From: Streblomastix strix
Taxonomy: Eukaryota
Direction: 5' to 3'
NCBI GenBank assembly: GCA_008636045.1
Contig: SNRW01000038.1
Span: forward strand, 1 to 36,764
Length of the DNA: 36,764 nucleotides
The translations under genes were made by a program, and so were the position numbers. Below are positions 1-14,951 of this stretch, one piece after another; position 1 is the first letter of the stretch, and every line of letters begins with the position of its first letter. The notes under the pieces are model-generated. The model did no database searches. It worked only from the letters and a program-made list of their open reading frames with translations, and had not been told where the DNA came from.

Positions 1-1103
1 CATAAATATTCAATTTTTATTTCTTTTATTATATAATCATTTATAAATATAAAAAACTTATTAAAATGAAGTATGGTATGTTGATGTGAGAGAAAAAGAA
101 AAATTAAACTGTTTTTATTTTCCTGGAACTGACTTCTTGCAAAATGTTTAAAGTGTACAAATCTGGACTGTTTAGTATAATATAGTTAAATATAGTTTGA
201 TGAATTTGGTTTAATTTCGTTGTAGCTTTGGAGATATTGAACTAAATAAAACATTCAAAATTTTTTTCTCTGTTTTATACCAATTAAATGAAAAAATGTG
301 AATTAATTCTTAATAATTTGAATTAATTAAAATGTAAGTTAATTTTATTCAATTTATTTTATGTTTTTTTTGTTTTATACATGGCAGATCACCTCATTTT
401 TATTTTTAATGTGGAGTTTCTCCTTGATTAGAGCGTTTTAATTATTTTGTATTGTATGACGAACTACAATTTAGAAATATTTTCAAATAATAAATAAACA
501 TCTAAATTCTACTTAATATATTTAAAAAACGACGCTACATAGAAAAACGACTGCACATAATGGGTTAGCCTACACTTTTTAAATTCTTTTCATAGAATTT
601 CTTTGTATGTCATTCAACTTTGGCACTTTTTAATCAACGCATATGGTGGTGGGCCAGATGTTAGACAGTTCTGAAAATTAATTAATTTATTAATAAAATA
701 ATCTTGTTTTGAAAATAGTAGAAAGGCGTTATTCATTCTGAAACCAGATTTTCGGTAAATACTCTTTTGATTTTCTCTTAGCTACACTTTTTATATTACA
801 CAAATAATATTCATCTTGTTCGGAGGATCAAATGAATTTAATATATTTTGATTGCTGAGAAATCGAATATTTCTCATTACTCTGCAACATAAACATAAAA
901 TTATTATTTTAATTACCTTTTACACTCAAATAGCATATTCTAATTCATTATAATACAATTTGCATTATTATTTAATCTATTTTACCAAAAAAGTGGTGAA
1001 TTTATAAAAAGTATGAAAAAGCCTTTTATATACGCGCTAAAAACATATTAAGTGATAATTATTATCATATTTTATTATTTACTTGAATTTTATTATTTTC
1101 AGT

Positions 1104-1835
1104 ATGCAAATTGCTGATTTGCGCGCGAGGATGCGTTTTGCAAAAGCTGAAGAAGAATAAGATATGAGAAATAAGAGAAAAATTGATATTATTAAGTTAC
1201 GAAAGACAAAGCGATCAGAAATACTACAACAATGGAGGGAGAATATGATATAACCTTAATAAATTACTTAATAACGACAGGTAAACAAGTAATCTGGCTT
1301 GGATTAATTTTGGCGAAATGTCGAAAATAAGAAAAATTCGAAGGGAAAAAAGCCAGATATAATTCCACTATCTCTAATAAATTAATAACATTCTAATACA
1401 TAATTTGATGACATTGAAGAGGAATATGCTGATACCATGAATCCATATTATATTAACATTGAAGAAGAAGGAGTAGATGGTGATGATGAAGATAGCAATG
1501 CAGAAGATAACCCAGACAATGATTATGGTGACGATGAGGAGGACGAAGAAGAAGAATTTGATGAAGAAGAAATTGATGATGAAAAGAATGAATAAAGGAT
1601 GGGAAAAAGCTGGGAAGAAGATATGGATCATTTTTTTGATGAATATGATGATGAAAATATTGAAGATGAGGATGAAGATGAAGATGAACAATATAAAGTT
1701 GATGTTTTCAGTAGCAGCAAGTTTGCCTATAATGATGAGCCTTAAAATGGCGAAGATAGTTATGATAATTAAATTCCAGACCTTGATCTGGACAAGAATT
1801 AAAAACACAATGAATTGTTTTTATTTGATTCATGA
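1104..1835 (+). CDS. Hypothetical 243-aa protein with an importin-beta-binding (IBB)-like basic N-terminus and an Asp/Glu-rich C-terminal half
   Basis: Single frame open from ATG 1104 to TGA 1833-1835 when TAA/TAG=Gln: MQIADLRARMRFAKAEEEQDMRNKRKIDIIKLRKTKRSEILQQWRE...DEEDEEEEFDEEEIDDE. A TTTTCAG just before the ATG could mean an upstream exon exists. Confidence 0.65.
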
Positions 1836-2702
1836 TTTTATACTTATTTATACTTATTTAAAATAATTTACAAAATGCTTTTATGTGATATTTGGTCTAG
1901 TATCATCTCATATTCCTTCAGCTTATCATTAGGATCATTGTTTTGTAGATAGCGCGTGGTTACATAAATATAGATCTAAAGTCGCTTATTAATTTTTCAT
2001 ACTGAAGATTTTAAGTAATTCTAATGGTCATAAATTGACATATCTTCAAATCAAATTTGCTTTTACAAAACCGAGGATTTATTAGAAATTATTAACCGTC
2101 TAGAATAGTTCTGAGCTGATTATATACATATCAGCCGATAAAACGTTAGTACAATAAGTTTTCACCTAAATTTAATCAACATAAATTGCCACGGACCACA
2201 CTATAACTCACAGAAGATTTTCAGCTTTATCTCAAATTGAATTATTTCTTTTCAATGAGAAATATATGCAATATATGTATCCATATACATAATTAATCAT
2301 ACAAACAGATGCTCAAGATTTTCAACCTCAGGAAACGCCTTTTGTATTTACACTCTTCATATCTCATTTATTGCGTATTCCGAAATACTTATCATTACCT
2401 GACCTGATTATATACAGTATTGTTATACATACTATATTTTTTGCTATTATATATAAAAAGATTCATAACCCAAGCAAATTTGAAATAGAGATTGAAAAAC
2501 TGTATAATTGAAATAGAAATTTCATAGAAGAACAATTATCAAACATTATAAATATATGTATTATTACTTTTTTCAACATTTTCGTGCTATTTCATAACCA
2601 ATACTCAAACAATTCTGACAAAATAATTCAGGTTAACACTATCAAACCTCATAAACTTTAATGTTAACTTTTTATATATAATTCAAACATCAGAATCTTA
2701 GT

Positions 2703-5700
2703 ATGACAGTTCCAACTGAAAGACAAGGTGAAACTGACCCGAATCACCGATTTGTCAAAGTTTGTCTTATCTATTATTTTTTCCTTTAAAATCTTTTATT
2801 TCCCTTCAAAAGGATTAAACGCAGATGTTGGGACGTGGATCATTTAAAGAAGTATATAAAGCATATGATAATGAACATGGTATTGAAGTTGCATGGAATC
2901 AAATTGCTAGTGCTAAACTTTCAGTGAAAGAAAGGTAGTAACTTGCATCAGAGATTGACACTTTGAAAACTATTCATCATCGCAACATTATTAAATTCTA
3001 TGATTATTGGGTGGATAAAAAGAAGAAATAAATTGTGTTCATCAGTGAATTGATGTCAAGTGGTACTCTGAAAGATTATATCAAGCGCACAGGTGTACCA
3101 CGTCCTCCTGTTCTACGCAATTGGTGCAGATAGATATTGAGTGCTCTTGCATATCTGCATGGTCTTAATCCTAAAATAATTCATCGTGATCTCAAATGTG
3201 ACAATATTTTCATTGATGGATATAATGGAGTAGTTAAAGTAGGTGATCTTGGTCTTGCTACCAAGTAAATAGAATCTCGATCAAAGAGCCTTATTGGAAC
3301 ACCTGAATTTATGGCTCCTGAATTATATGAAGAGAATTACAATGAAAAAGTTGATATATACGCATTTGGAATGTGCGTATTAGAGATGACCACTCGAGAT
3401 TATCCTTATAATGAATGTCATACTGCAGCTCAGATATTCAGGTAACATTAATATATATTTGTAGATACATATATATATATATATATATATTCATACAATT
3501 ATTTTATTTAATATTCAGGGCTGTCACCAGTGGAACTCCTCCAAAAGCACTTTCTAAAGTAACAGATGATAATACTAGAAACTTCATTGAATTATGTATT
3601 TAGAGAGAACCAGATAGAAGACCAACAGCAACTGAACTACTCGAATTCCCATTCCTTAAAGATAAGAAAGACATTGGAGAGGAAGTATGGTCTGTAATTA
3701 GTGAGAATAATTAAGGATTAGAGAATAATATTAATACATAGAATGCATAAATAGATGCATAAGAAACTACACAAGGATCTTCCTTTGAATAATATGCTTC
3801 TCCATTCTAATAAAGAGGAAACATTCATCCAATGGCCGTAACTCCTTCATTTTAAAGATTCACTACTGGATAACCTCCTTATTATCAGATTACTTAGAAT
3901 TAATAAGGAAATATCATTCATTCCCCAAAATTTTTAAATTCATCAATGAATGATAATACATTAATTAATTAGTCCTTTTCTAATGAATAATCAAATTCTG
4001 AAAATGATGGGAATATAATGAAGACAAATCCATCATCATTTGATTCATATTTTGAAGAACCACTTTTTTAGCAATAAGATTAACAGTTATAAAATTAACA
4101 ACCAACATCCTAATATTCTGTTGGTATATAAAACAACCAAATAGAAGGAAGCAATACTAAATAGGGAAATGATTCTGGAATTGAATAAGATGCAGCAAAT
4201 TCTAACATTTAAATTGTACAAATACAAGTGAAAGATTTACCATAATAAATACGTGCAATTATATCAGATGAGAATATTGATACAACAAGCTTTGCAAAAG
4301 AGTTATTGAAGTCACTTATGGCTGAATCAGGAGGATAGTATTCTGATGAAAGCGAAAATAATTAATAAAATTAAAATTAAGGATTTTAAGAGAATGAAAA
4401 TTAATACGATCCAGATAATGCTTCAATTAATGGAACAAATGTTAGATTTGATGATTAAGGAAATATTGTCCCAATCATAAGATAGTCTGTAGGTTAATAA
4501 TAAGACCAGTAATTATAGACATAATTTGGTAATCCATTATCTATTACTGCTTAATCATCAATGGCAACTATTAAAGAGAATTTAGAAGATGATTCTTTTA
4601 ATGGTGGAGAAATAGATACGGATAATATTAGTAGTCAGTTTAGTTCAAATGAAGATGAAGAAGATGATGATGATGATGGGGAAGAAGAAGAAGATGATGA
4701 TGAAGATGAAGATGAAGAATTTTAAAGCTCTGAAGATGATCAGGATAAATCTGAAACAGATGGAAGTGGAAACAGTTCTGAGATACAAACACAATAAAAT
4801 AAATCATAAATATTTGCAAATTCATTAGAATAATAAAACTTCTAAGATAATTTACAGAAAACTGATTAAATTGATATTCCAAATATTACATCAAATTAAA
4901 CAGATATTAATTTATCCGATCTTCAATTACAAGAAGAAAGTTCTCCATTATCACATCAGACAACAACACCTTCTATTGCATCTGCTGATTCTATTCATAT
5001 ATCTCCAATTGATGTGATGTATGTTCCTTCATCTGCTGGTTTTGAAACTCCAGATATAAATGCAATGATGAATAATTCTAATTCTACATCTCCATTATGC
5101 ATATCATCTCCAAGCAGGACTAATAGTTCTAATAAGGAAGAGGAAACCGTTAATAATAATCAGCAATGCTTATCTACATTAGTAAAATAAATTCCAATTG
5201 AGAGTTAGATTAGCCAAACTCACTAATAAGAAGATATAAACTCAAATTTGCAGCAAAACAATTTGTCTGAATCAATATCCAAATTAATATAGCAATAAAA
5301 TAATACATCTGATTCAGTATAATCGACAGATAATACAACTTAATAAATATTTTTCAATTCTGATGCATCTATAAGTAATTCTGCTAATGAAGATTAAAAA
5401 GAATAAGAAAACGAAGAAAAAACCTCAAGTCCAACAATAATGATATAATTGGCTGATACTAATACAAATAAATAAGAGAATAGAAATGATATTTATTAAT
5501 AATTTGCTTTCTCTCCTCGAAATGCAGGAAATTAGCCATTTACATAAAGGGAAAATGATACAAATTAATAATTAGATAGTAAAAATAGTATTAATTAACT
5601 ATCTTTAGAAGGATTAGATTAGAACAATAAATTTAATTAGAATTCAGAATCAAATGAAAAACATGTAGTTGAAAAAGTATTAAGACGAGCAATAAAATAA

Positions 5701-8700
5701 AAAAAGAAAATTAAAGAAAATTAGTAAAAAAATACGAATGCAATAATACATGGACCTCAAAGTGAATAAAATAATTAAGATTCGATTGATGATGGTTAAT
5801 CGCATATTACAGTAAGAGGGAGGTTGAAGCATAAACAAATATAACAAATGAATGCACCATTCAATGGGAGAACTAGTGATGTTAACTCTGGATTAACAAT
5901 GAGTAATTAATAATTATCAGATAAGTAAGTGATTAGATAAAATAAGAGTATGGAAAGAAATTATAAGAATAAAGAAGGTCTATAAATTGAAATTGATACA
6001 AACAACTAAAATTTAGCTGATAAAGTTTATTAAATGAATAATAATACGAAGCTCTAAATTGCTGTAAAAAATGTTCAGTTGAATTTTAGAAGATAATAAA
6101 ATAATAAATTACAAGTTTCTAATTAAAGTTTGATTCAACAATAAACTGTCAAATCAAACCAGAATTTAATTGGACCTGAATCTGGAGTAATAGCTGTTTA
6201 ATCAGATGTTATGAGTAATGATGAAAACACACCCAAACTAAATGAATCAATTAAAATTGATAACAAACAATCCATTCTACTTACTAGTAACACTATATTC
6301 GAAAATACATAAGAATATTAATAAGGTACAAATCAAGATGCATAAACAAATAACGCTTAGAATAAAAATCATTATTAAAGATAACGCTTAAATTCATTAT
6401 AAGATAACCACGATCATTTATTAAAGGATTTAGACGGAGTTCAAAAGCGAAAATCCATTTAAAAGATAAATCGAGCAAAATAGACACAAAGTGCTACAAA
6501 ATTTTAATAAATAAATGCTGAGTATATGTCATAATTATCAAAAGCTTCAAATTTCCCTGATGACTAGTTAAATGTTAAACAAAAAATTGATGCTCTCGTA
6601 ACTAATGGAACAATTCCATCTACTCCCAAATCAATTTCACAAAGTAACAGTATTGACAATATAAATAATTAAAAAAGAAATTTAGTGAAAAGTTTTGGGC
6701 ATTCATCTGGGCTTTTATAGAAACTATAAGATGGAAGAGTGAACAATAGAAGTGGAATAATTGAATTGAATGGTAGTAAGAATGAATAAAAATAACCTCC
6801 TGTAAAGATTGAGTTATAATTGAGAGTAAATCAATTAAAAGTAGATAATATGATGTAAAAAAGAAAATAGTAGGGCAAATTTATTTCTCCAAACCTATTT
6901 CGATCACCAGAATTATCAAATTTGATAATAGGACATTAATAAAATTAATAAAACTATCAGAATTTAGTATCAAATCGCTTCAATAACACCACTCCTGTTT
7001 CCGTTCATGGTAGATCGCAGTCTTCATCTTCAATTTCATCATAAGACTCTAATTAATCTTCAGCTCCAACTACATAGCCAATTACAACACAAACATCAAT
7101 TGATGACCTCTCACCCAAACCATCAAATACAAACCTTAGTTAGAATCAGATACAAACATAGACTAAATCTCCTCTTAGTCCTTCTTAATATATATAAAGA
7201 TCTTAATCTGTACAAACGGATGAAAATAATAAATATGCACAGTTGCCTTTTATTCAATATCAACAAGGAGGAGGATAAGCATCTAAAGTTATTTAAACTT
7301 CATTTAATAAGAACTTTAAATTAATGGATCATAAATCGATATTCAACTAATTACCATCAATTTCACCCCCAGCTTCTTAATCAGGTTAATTATCTCCAAA
7401 ATCAAATGATAAGATCATTAATCTTTCACAATCATTCAATAAAGATCCATCATTGTTACAATCTTCAATTATATATAAAGGGAAATAATCTCCATAAAAT
7501 AATTTTAATTTATCAGATTCAAATGATAATACAACTTCTATTACTCCTGATATTAGCATCCCTTCAAAAGTATTTATGCAGGATAGATCAATTAGTCTTA
7601 TGCATGAAGATCATAATGGAAATTAAGAGAATTAATTAGATAAAAACATAGTAAAGAGACCAAGTAGCATTTCTTATTCTACATCACATTAATAATATCC
7701 TATTTTGCATCACTCACTTTCATAGGATCAATTTTCTTAATAGAAGAAAAATGACAATAAACATTCATAAATATTATTTGGTGATAAATAAGATATTTTA
7801 TCTCAATAATCTGGTAATTAATCCGATAAAGAATCAGATTTAATAAAGACGCCAAAATCAGGCAGTGATACATAATAGCTATCAGATATTAAGAATTAGA
7901 TTAATAATAGTCTAAATTAAAGTTTGATATCAAATATTGGATCTGGAAAGGGAACTATTACTGTAACTCGCTCAAATCCAACTGAATAACCAAAACTTGA
8001 ACCATTGGATGAAATTGCACTTATTTAATCTCCACTTGAACAGTAGATTTCAAATTAACATGCTGATGATATCCAGAATGTTGATCCAAATAATATTCCA
8101 ATCTAACAAGATCTTTCAAATAATTTATTATAATAATCATACACATAATCGTAAAAGTTTTAAACATAAAATTAATTTTAGGAACTTTAAGAGGCAATTC
8201 CTTATTAAAATGAAGAATAGTATTCAAATCAATATTCAATGTAATAATCGTCTCAATAAATGACTGATCAATCTCTTAATCCTTTTTCAAATATTGATAC
8301 TTCTTCAACATTAGATTAATAACCTTTATAATCATCCAATACAAATGGTGAATATTTTGCCACTATTTAATATGAACCAAATAATTTATCTTAGATTGTT
8401 TAAAATCTCCCAGAAGAATAAAAGTGTAGTTTAATTCAATTCTTACAAGAATTAAATGAATAAAAAGAGAATGAACCTGTAGAAAATAATTAAACTACTT
8501 CATTTCTCAATTCATCATAATTGCATAATAACAATATCACAAAATCAATGACAAATATTTCCTCCAATTAATTTCAATCTAATAATTCATCACATCATAT
8601 TCCTAATGCATAACAGAATGTTTCATATTCCCATCAATTTTCATCATCATTAGAGCAATTTCCTCAACATTTTTAAAATACAAACGCTGAATAAACAAAT

Positions 8701-9488
8701 ATGTTAGCTTAATAATAATAGAATATTATTAATAACTAATAACTAAAAGATGATATATCTTTACAAGAATAATAGATGTAACAATCAAATATATTTTAAA
8801 AAGAATAAAATGTATAACATTCTGAACAAATGCAACATTAGATTAATAATAATTACTTAACACAGCAAGCTAATAACAAAATGTTGGATAATGAAGGATT
8901 TAGTATTTAAGACAATAAAGATATTTTTACTCAAAGAGCATAAGTATAATAAACTATTAATCCAATACTTAATACATATATGCATAATTAAGAACATAAA
9001 ACAGAGCGTTATTTCCAAATATATATTACACTTGAATTGCCTAATGGACTTAAAAAGAACATTCATTTCCCATTTTGCTCAGATAAAGACACACCAGAAT
9101 CAGTTGCAGAAGACTATATTAAATTTTATGATTTGAATGAAGAATTCCTTCCATAATTTATTGATATCATTAAATCTGAAGTTGAGAAGCATCGACTGGA
9201 TGTTGAAGAAGAAGAGAAGGAAAAAGCAAGGGAGAAAGAATAGATGGAAAGATACTAAGAATCAGAAGATGAAGAAATATATAGTTATGAAACATTCCAT
9301 AATAAATAATATCAAATCATTAAAGATTTACGTCAAAAAGAATTAAAAGTAAATATTAAAAATAGTAATGTCGATTAAAAATTAAATTTAGTTGATGCTA
9401 GAATTGTATAAAATTAAGAATAACAACCAGATGAAACAAATGAGCAAATTTTACAAATTCCAATAAGTCATCCTAGCCCATAATCCTC

Positions 9489-9532
<44 letters not shown>

Positions 9533-9572
9533 CTTAATAATCTTAATAATCTTAATAATCTTAATAATAATC

Positions 9573-9619
<47 letters not shown>

Positions 9620-9736
9620 CTTAATAATAATCTTAATAATAATAATCTTAATAATAATAATCTTAATAATAATAATCTTAATAATAATAATAATAAATAT
9701 AATAAATATAATAACCTTAAATATAACAACAACATC

Positions 9737-9796
<60 letters not shown>

Positions 9797-12073
9797 CAGA
9801 TATATCTTCATAATCTTAAATAATTTAAAATTCAGAAATTATAAATAAAGAAACAAATTATAATGTGAGTAAGACTCCAAATCTTAGTTAAATCAGTGAA
9901 ACAGAGTAAGATTCATAATCTCTATATTCATTATCTTCATCATCTACCTCATTAAATGATTAAATCCCAATTTATAAATCTCCAGAAACTGACAATAATA
10001 CAAATGATTAGAATCATCGAGTTTCTGTTCAACCTAATATAAAATAAAATTTAAATTAATTACAGCCTGAATAACTTGATTAAGATCCTGAGCAAATAAC
10101 TAATTAAAATATTATTGAATAATAGTCTTAATTCAAATTATAAAACCAGAATAGCAATAATCTTAATAATTAATCAAATTAAAAAGAAATAAAAATAGTT
10201 TAATAAAAAGAAAAAGAAATAAATAGTTCAGAAACAAGTATTTAGTAATAATAAATTGAATAACAAAAATAATAACAATAATAATAACAACAATAATAAT
10301 AATAACAATAATAATAATAATAAATAATTGAATAACAACAATAATAATAAATTGAAAAACAACATCATCAATAATAATAACAACAATAATAATAATAAAC
10401 AATAAAATAATAATAACTATAACAATAGCAATAATAATAAACTATTGAATAATAATAACAATAATAATAAACAATAAAATAATAATAACTATAACAACAA
10501 TAATAATAATAAATAATTGAATAACAACAATAATAAACTATTGAATAATAATAACAACAATAATAAACTACTGAATAATAATAACAATAATAATAAACAA
10601 TAAAATAATAATAACTACAACAATAACAATAATAATAAACTATTGAATAATAATAACTACAACAATAATAATAAACAATAGAATAATAATAACAATAATA
10701 ATAAACTATTGAATAATAATAACAATAATAATAAACAATAAAATAATAATAACTACAACAATAACAATAACAATAAATTATTGAATAATAACAATAATAA
10801 TAATAAACAATAAAATAATAATAACTACAACAATAGCAATAATAATAAACTATTGAATAACAATAACAATAATAATAAACTATTGAATAATAATAACAAT
10901 AATAATAAACAATAAAATAATAATAACTACAACAATAACAATAATAATAAACTATTGAATAATAATAACTACAACAATAGCAATAATAATAAACTATTGA
11001 ATAATAATAACAATAATAATAAACTATTGAATAATAATAACAATAATAATAAACTATTGAATAATAATAACAATAATAATAAACTATTGAATAATAATAA
11101 CTACAACAATAATAATAAACTATTGAATAATAATAACAATAATAATAAACAATAAAATAATAATAACTACAACAATAACAATAATAATAAACTATTGAAT
11201 AATAATAACTACAACAATAACAATAATATTAATAACAACTACATCAATAGCAATAATAATAAACTATTGAATAACAATAACAATAATAATAAACTATTGA
11301 ATAATAATAACAATAATAATAAACTATTGAATAATAATAACTACAACAATAATAATAAACTATTGAATAACAACAATAATAATAATAAACAATAAAATAA
11401 TAACAACTACATCAATAGCAATAATAATAAACTATTGAATAACAATAACAATAATAATAAACTATTGAATAATAATAACAATAATAATAAACAATAAAAT
11501 AATAATAACTACAACAATAACAATAAAAATAAATTATTGAATAATAATAACTACAACAATAATAATAAACTATTGAATAATAATAACAATAATAATAAAC
11601 AATAGAATAATAATAACTACAACAATAATAATAAACTATTGAATAATAATAACTACAACAATAACAATAACAATAAATTATTGAATAATAACAACAATAA
11701 TAATAAACAATAAAATAATAATAACAACAACAATAGCAATAATAATAAACAATAGAATAATAATAATAATAATAATAACAACAACAACAACAATAATAAT
11801 AAACAATAAAATAATAATAACTACAACAATAATAATAAACTATTGAATAATAATAACAATAATAATAAACAATAGAATAATAATAACTACAACAATAACA
11901 ATAATAATAAACTATTGAATAATAATAACTACAACAATAACAATAACAATAAATTATTGAATAATAACAACAATAATAATAAACAATAAAATAATAATAA
12001 CTACAACAATAGCAATAATAATAAACAATAGAATAATAATAATAATAATAACAACAACAACAACAACAACAAC

Positions 12074-12158
<85 letters not shown>

Positions 12159-14754
12159 TGAATAATAATAGATAAATGGAAATGAAATATTACTATAGAA
12201 AAATCCATTTTAATAACAGGAAAATATATAAATTATTGAACAAAAAGAATAATTACCTAATGAGAATTAATAATTGAATAATAAATTACAAGAACTAGAA
12301 AATAATGGATAAAACTAGTAGAATGAAAAGGTAATATAATAAATAGAAGAATTAAATAAACCAAATTAAAATATCATCTAAGCACAAATTGAGGGAAATA
12401 TTTTGAATAATAATAATGAAGCTGAAAAAGATTATAATTTATCGCAAACAAGTGAATAATTCAAAAGCAATTTTATGCAACAAACTTAAGTACACGTATT
12501 ATCTCCTTTTTAAGAAGAATATAAACAACATTCAATTCATGATTAAATAACAAATTCACAAAATAATAATTAATCAAAGATTGAGGAAAAAGACCCCGAT
12601 ATTAATGTTGTTGATAGTCAAACTCTTACATTTCCAGTATAATCTGACATTACAGAACATTTCATTTTTAGTCCAATTCCATTCCCCACTCATATTAATT
12701 AATCAATTCATCAATAAACTCCCAAAATTCCTCAATAATTGCAATCTGAACATATTTCTGATACAAACAATAATATTAGTTAAGATCCTATATAGTAAAA
12801 TAATAATAAATCTTAGTAAGAAATAAAAGAATATTCAATACACCCAACTTAGGATCAACAAAATGATTAATCTTTTGATCCTCCATTATAATAGCATTCT
12901 TCCCCAGCCCTTGATATGTATTCTTCATCTCCTTTTCCATCAACCTCCTCTTTACTTACTGATTTTAATAACAAAGGATAATGTTATTTATATTAGATTC
13001 CTTCATCATCTTCAATTTTAACTTCACAATCATAATATTCTTTATACCCACTTTAAATTGAAGAGCAAAAACCTCAAGGAAATGGATTATTGACTGAAGG
13101 TGCGGTTGATATAAAATAATCAGGGAGTACTATAGATATGATAGACATTAATAATTAGGTTAAAAAAGAAGAAACAATATAAATCAAAGATAATAAATTT
13201 ACACCTTCTACTCTCTTTCCTTAATATTAATAATCTAATTTAAAGAATGATTAAAATTAGATTGAAAATAGTTGTGGAGCAGATATAGTAATTGGAGAGA
13301 AGAATGATAATAAATAAGATTAGAAAATAGTAGAGATAAATAAAGAGAAAGAACACAAAGAGAAATAATCTGAATCATAATTAGAAGCTCCATTTAAACC
13401 ATCAAAATAGCATTAATCTTAATCACCAATCAAAAATGAAATAACATCATCTACATCTTCAACATTACATCATCAGATTTTTCCATAATTATCTCCATCT
13501 CCTCCAATTCCATCAACTTCAACAAATATAATATAATAGATTCACAATTAAAATACAAATGAATAAATAAGCATTATGAATACAAATGAACAAATTCAAC
13601 ACGTGAATTCAATTGATTAGACCCTTAGTCATAATTATTCACATTAAGTATAAGTACAAACTAAGTTAGTTCCTATTTTCATTTCTCCACCAGCAGTATA
13701 AGGATCCGATACAGATCCAATTGGATATCTCCTGAATTACAATCCAGGATAAATTAAAGATCTTGCAAGTGCATGTGGATAAGATGAACTAATTGAACTG
13801 AACAGACGCATATTCTCACTTGTTACTAAAAGATATGAAATGGCTTCGAAAACATTATTTGAATCTCTTGTGGATTTAACAGACTCTGGAGAGAAAGGTG
13901 ACAAATTGAACTAACTTCGTGGATCAATGCTTATCCAATTCCGTGATCTTATGAGTAAACAAGAAGAATAACTTGATGAAATGACATCAGAGATATTCAA
14001 AGGTAGGAAGCCGCAATTGAATCAGTTTGCTGCTGCCAATGCAACACAATAAACTTCTCAATCAACAAATCAATCTCAATAACCTCATCAATTGCAACAA
14101 CCACAATCTTCAACTCCATCGGTCTCACTTTAAAATCATAGTCCAATATAAAATTCATTACTTCCAAAACCTTAAGTTTCATAGTTTGCTAATGTTTAAA
14201 ATGGACCCGAATCTGGAATATCTGTTCAACTTAAAGTAAATACAGCATAATCACAATAATAAGCATAATAAGTATCACCTCAATAAACAATTACTTAGGC
14301 TATTGGTAATGCATCTATCCAATTACCAACAACAACTTTGGGATCTTTTACACCTCCATCAACCTAATCAGCATCAATAACTTCCTAATCCAATGCACTT
14401 GTCTTTTATTAACAAGAAATACCACCCGACAGTGGAGTATTTGTGGAAGTTTTATTGAAGAAAAAACTTCGAGATTTTAGACTGGATTATGAGAAATAGT
14501 AAAAAGAAAAATATTTACGAAAAGAAAAAGCAGAACGGCAGAAAAAACAGCAAAACATTCTAATGCAAACTCAAGCTTAAAACTAGCCATAATCAATATC
14601 TTCTACACCTCATGACAACAATCTACCTCTTCCCAATACTCATTAACCAACCACTGTCAGTAGTGCAGGTACTAATTAGGATCCAATATTCAAATCATCA
14701 TCACCACCTATAGCTGATTAAAATCAAACTAACATTCTCACATCAAAATAGTGA
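2703..14754 (+). CDS. WNK: WNK (With-No-Lysine) Ser/Thr kinase, ~3,973 aa, 3 exons (2703-2759, 2813-3441, 3519-14754)
   Basis: [14 protein letters not shown] (Lys in subdomain I), [61 protein letters not shown] introns at 2760-2812 and 3442-3518. I scanned the 11.2-kb third exon and found no in-frame TGA before 14752. Confidence 0.95.
3469..3490. repeat. (AT)n dinucleotide microsatellite in WNK intron 2
   Basis: Uninterrupted ATATAT run inside intron 3442-3518. Confidence 0.85.
9010..9190 (+). other. CCT/PF2-like (OSR1_C-type) domain within the WNK CDS
   Basis: [42 protein letters not shown] resembles the WNK CCT-like motif (NIHFPF..D.DT..SVA.EM as recalled from plant WNKs). Confidence 0.7.
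9490..9798 (+). repeat. (TAA)n microsatellite with TCT interruptions, encoding poly-Gln/QQS inside WNK
   Basis: Pure TAA runs and TAATAATCT units, all in the WNK reading frame. Confidence 0.95.
10246..12171 (+). repeat. ~1.9-kb coding minisatellite: Q-runs punctuated by TIE/TIK/IIE/L
   Basis: Units such as TAATAATAACAATAATAATAAACTATTGAA (QQQQQQQTIE). Higher-order blocks recur, e.g. 10861-10980 reappears ~240 nt later. Every ATT GAA stays in frame. Confidence 0.95.
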
Positions 14755-14951
14755 AATGAATTTATATTTTGTTATATATCTATTTTTTTTAATTTTTTAA
14801 TTTTTTTGTCATTTGATATATTTTTTTTGCCTAACATCTTTTTTGGATTAGTAATTATTTTTTATTAAAGTTTAATTTTGATAAATCTTAGATCGGTGAT
14901 AATGAATAAAGAGGGTATTTATAATAGATAAGTTTTATTTTTATCTTTTTT

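Noticed and set aside
1..1100. Possible gene or element, including the short imperfect repeat AAAAACGAC..CAT near 525-558
   Set aside because: No convincing ORF, motif or terminal repeat was recognisable by eye.
1374..1866. Supplied ORFs 1374-1808 (-) and 1477-1866 (+)
   Set aside because: Off-frame readings of the acidic GAT/GAA-rich ORF 1104-1835.
10246..12171. CRISPR-like or telomeric array
   Set aside because: No unique spacers and no G-rich telomere unit; it is an in-frame coding minisatellite in a eukaryotic gene.
9473..12208. Poly-Ile, poly-Leu and poly-Asn ORFs in the supplied track
   Set aside because: They are alternative frames or the antisense of the (TAA)n polyQ region of WNK.
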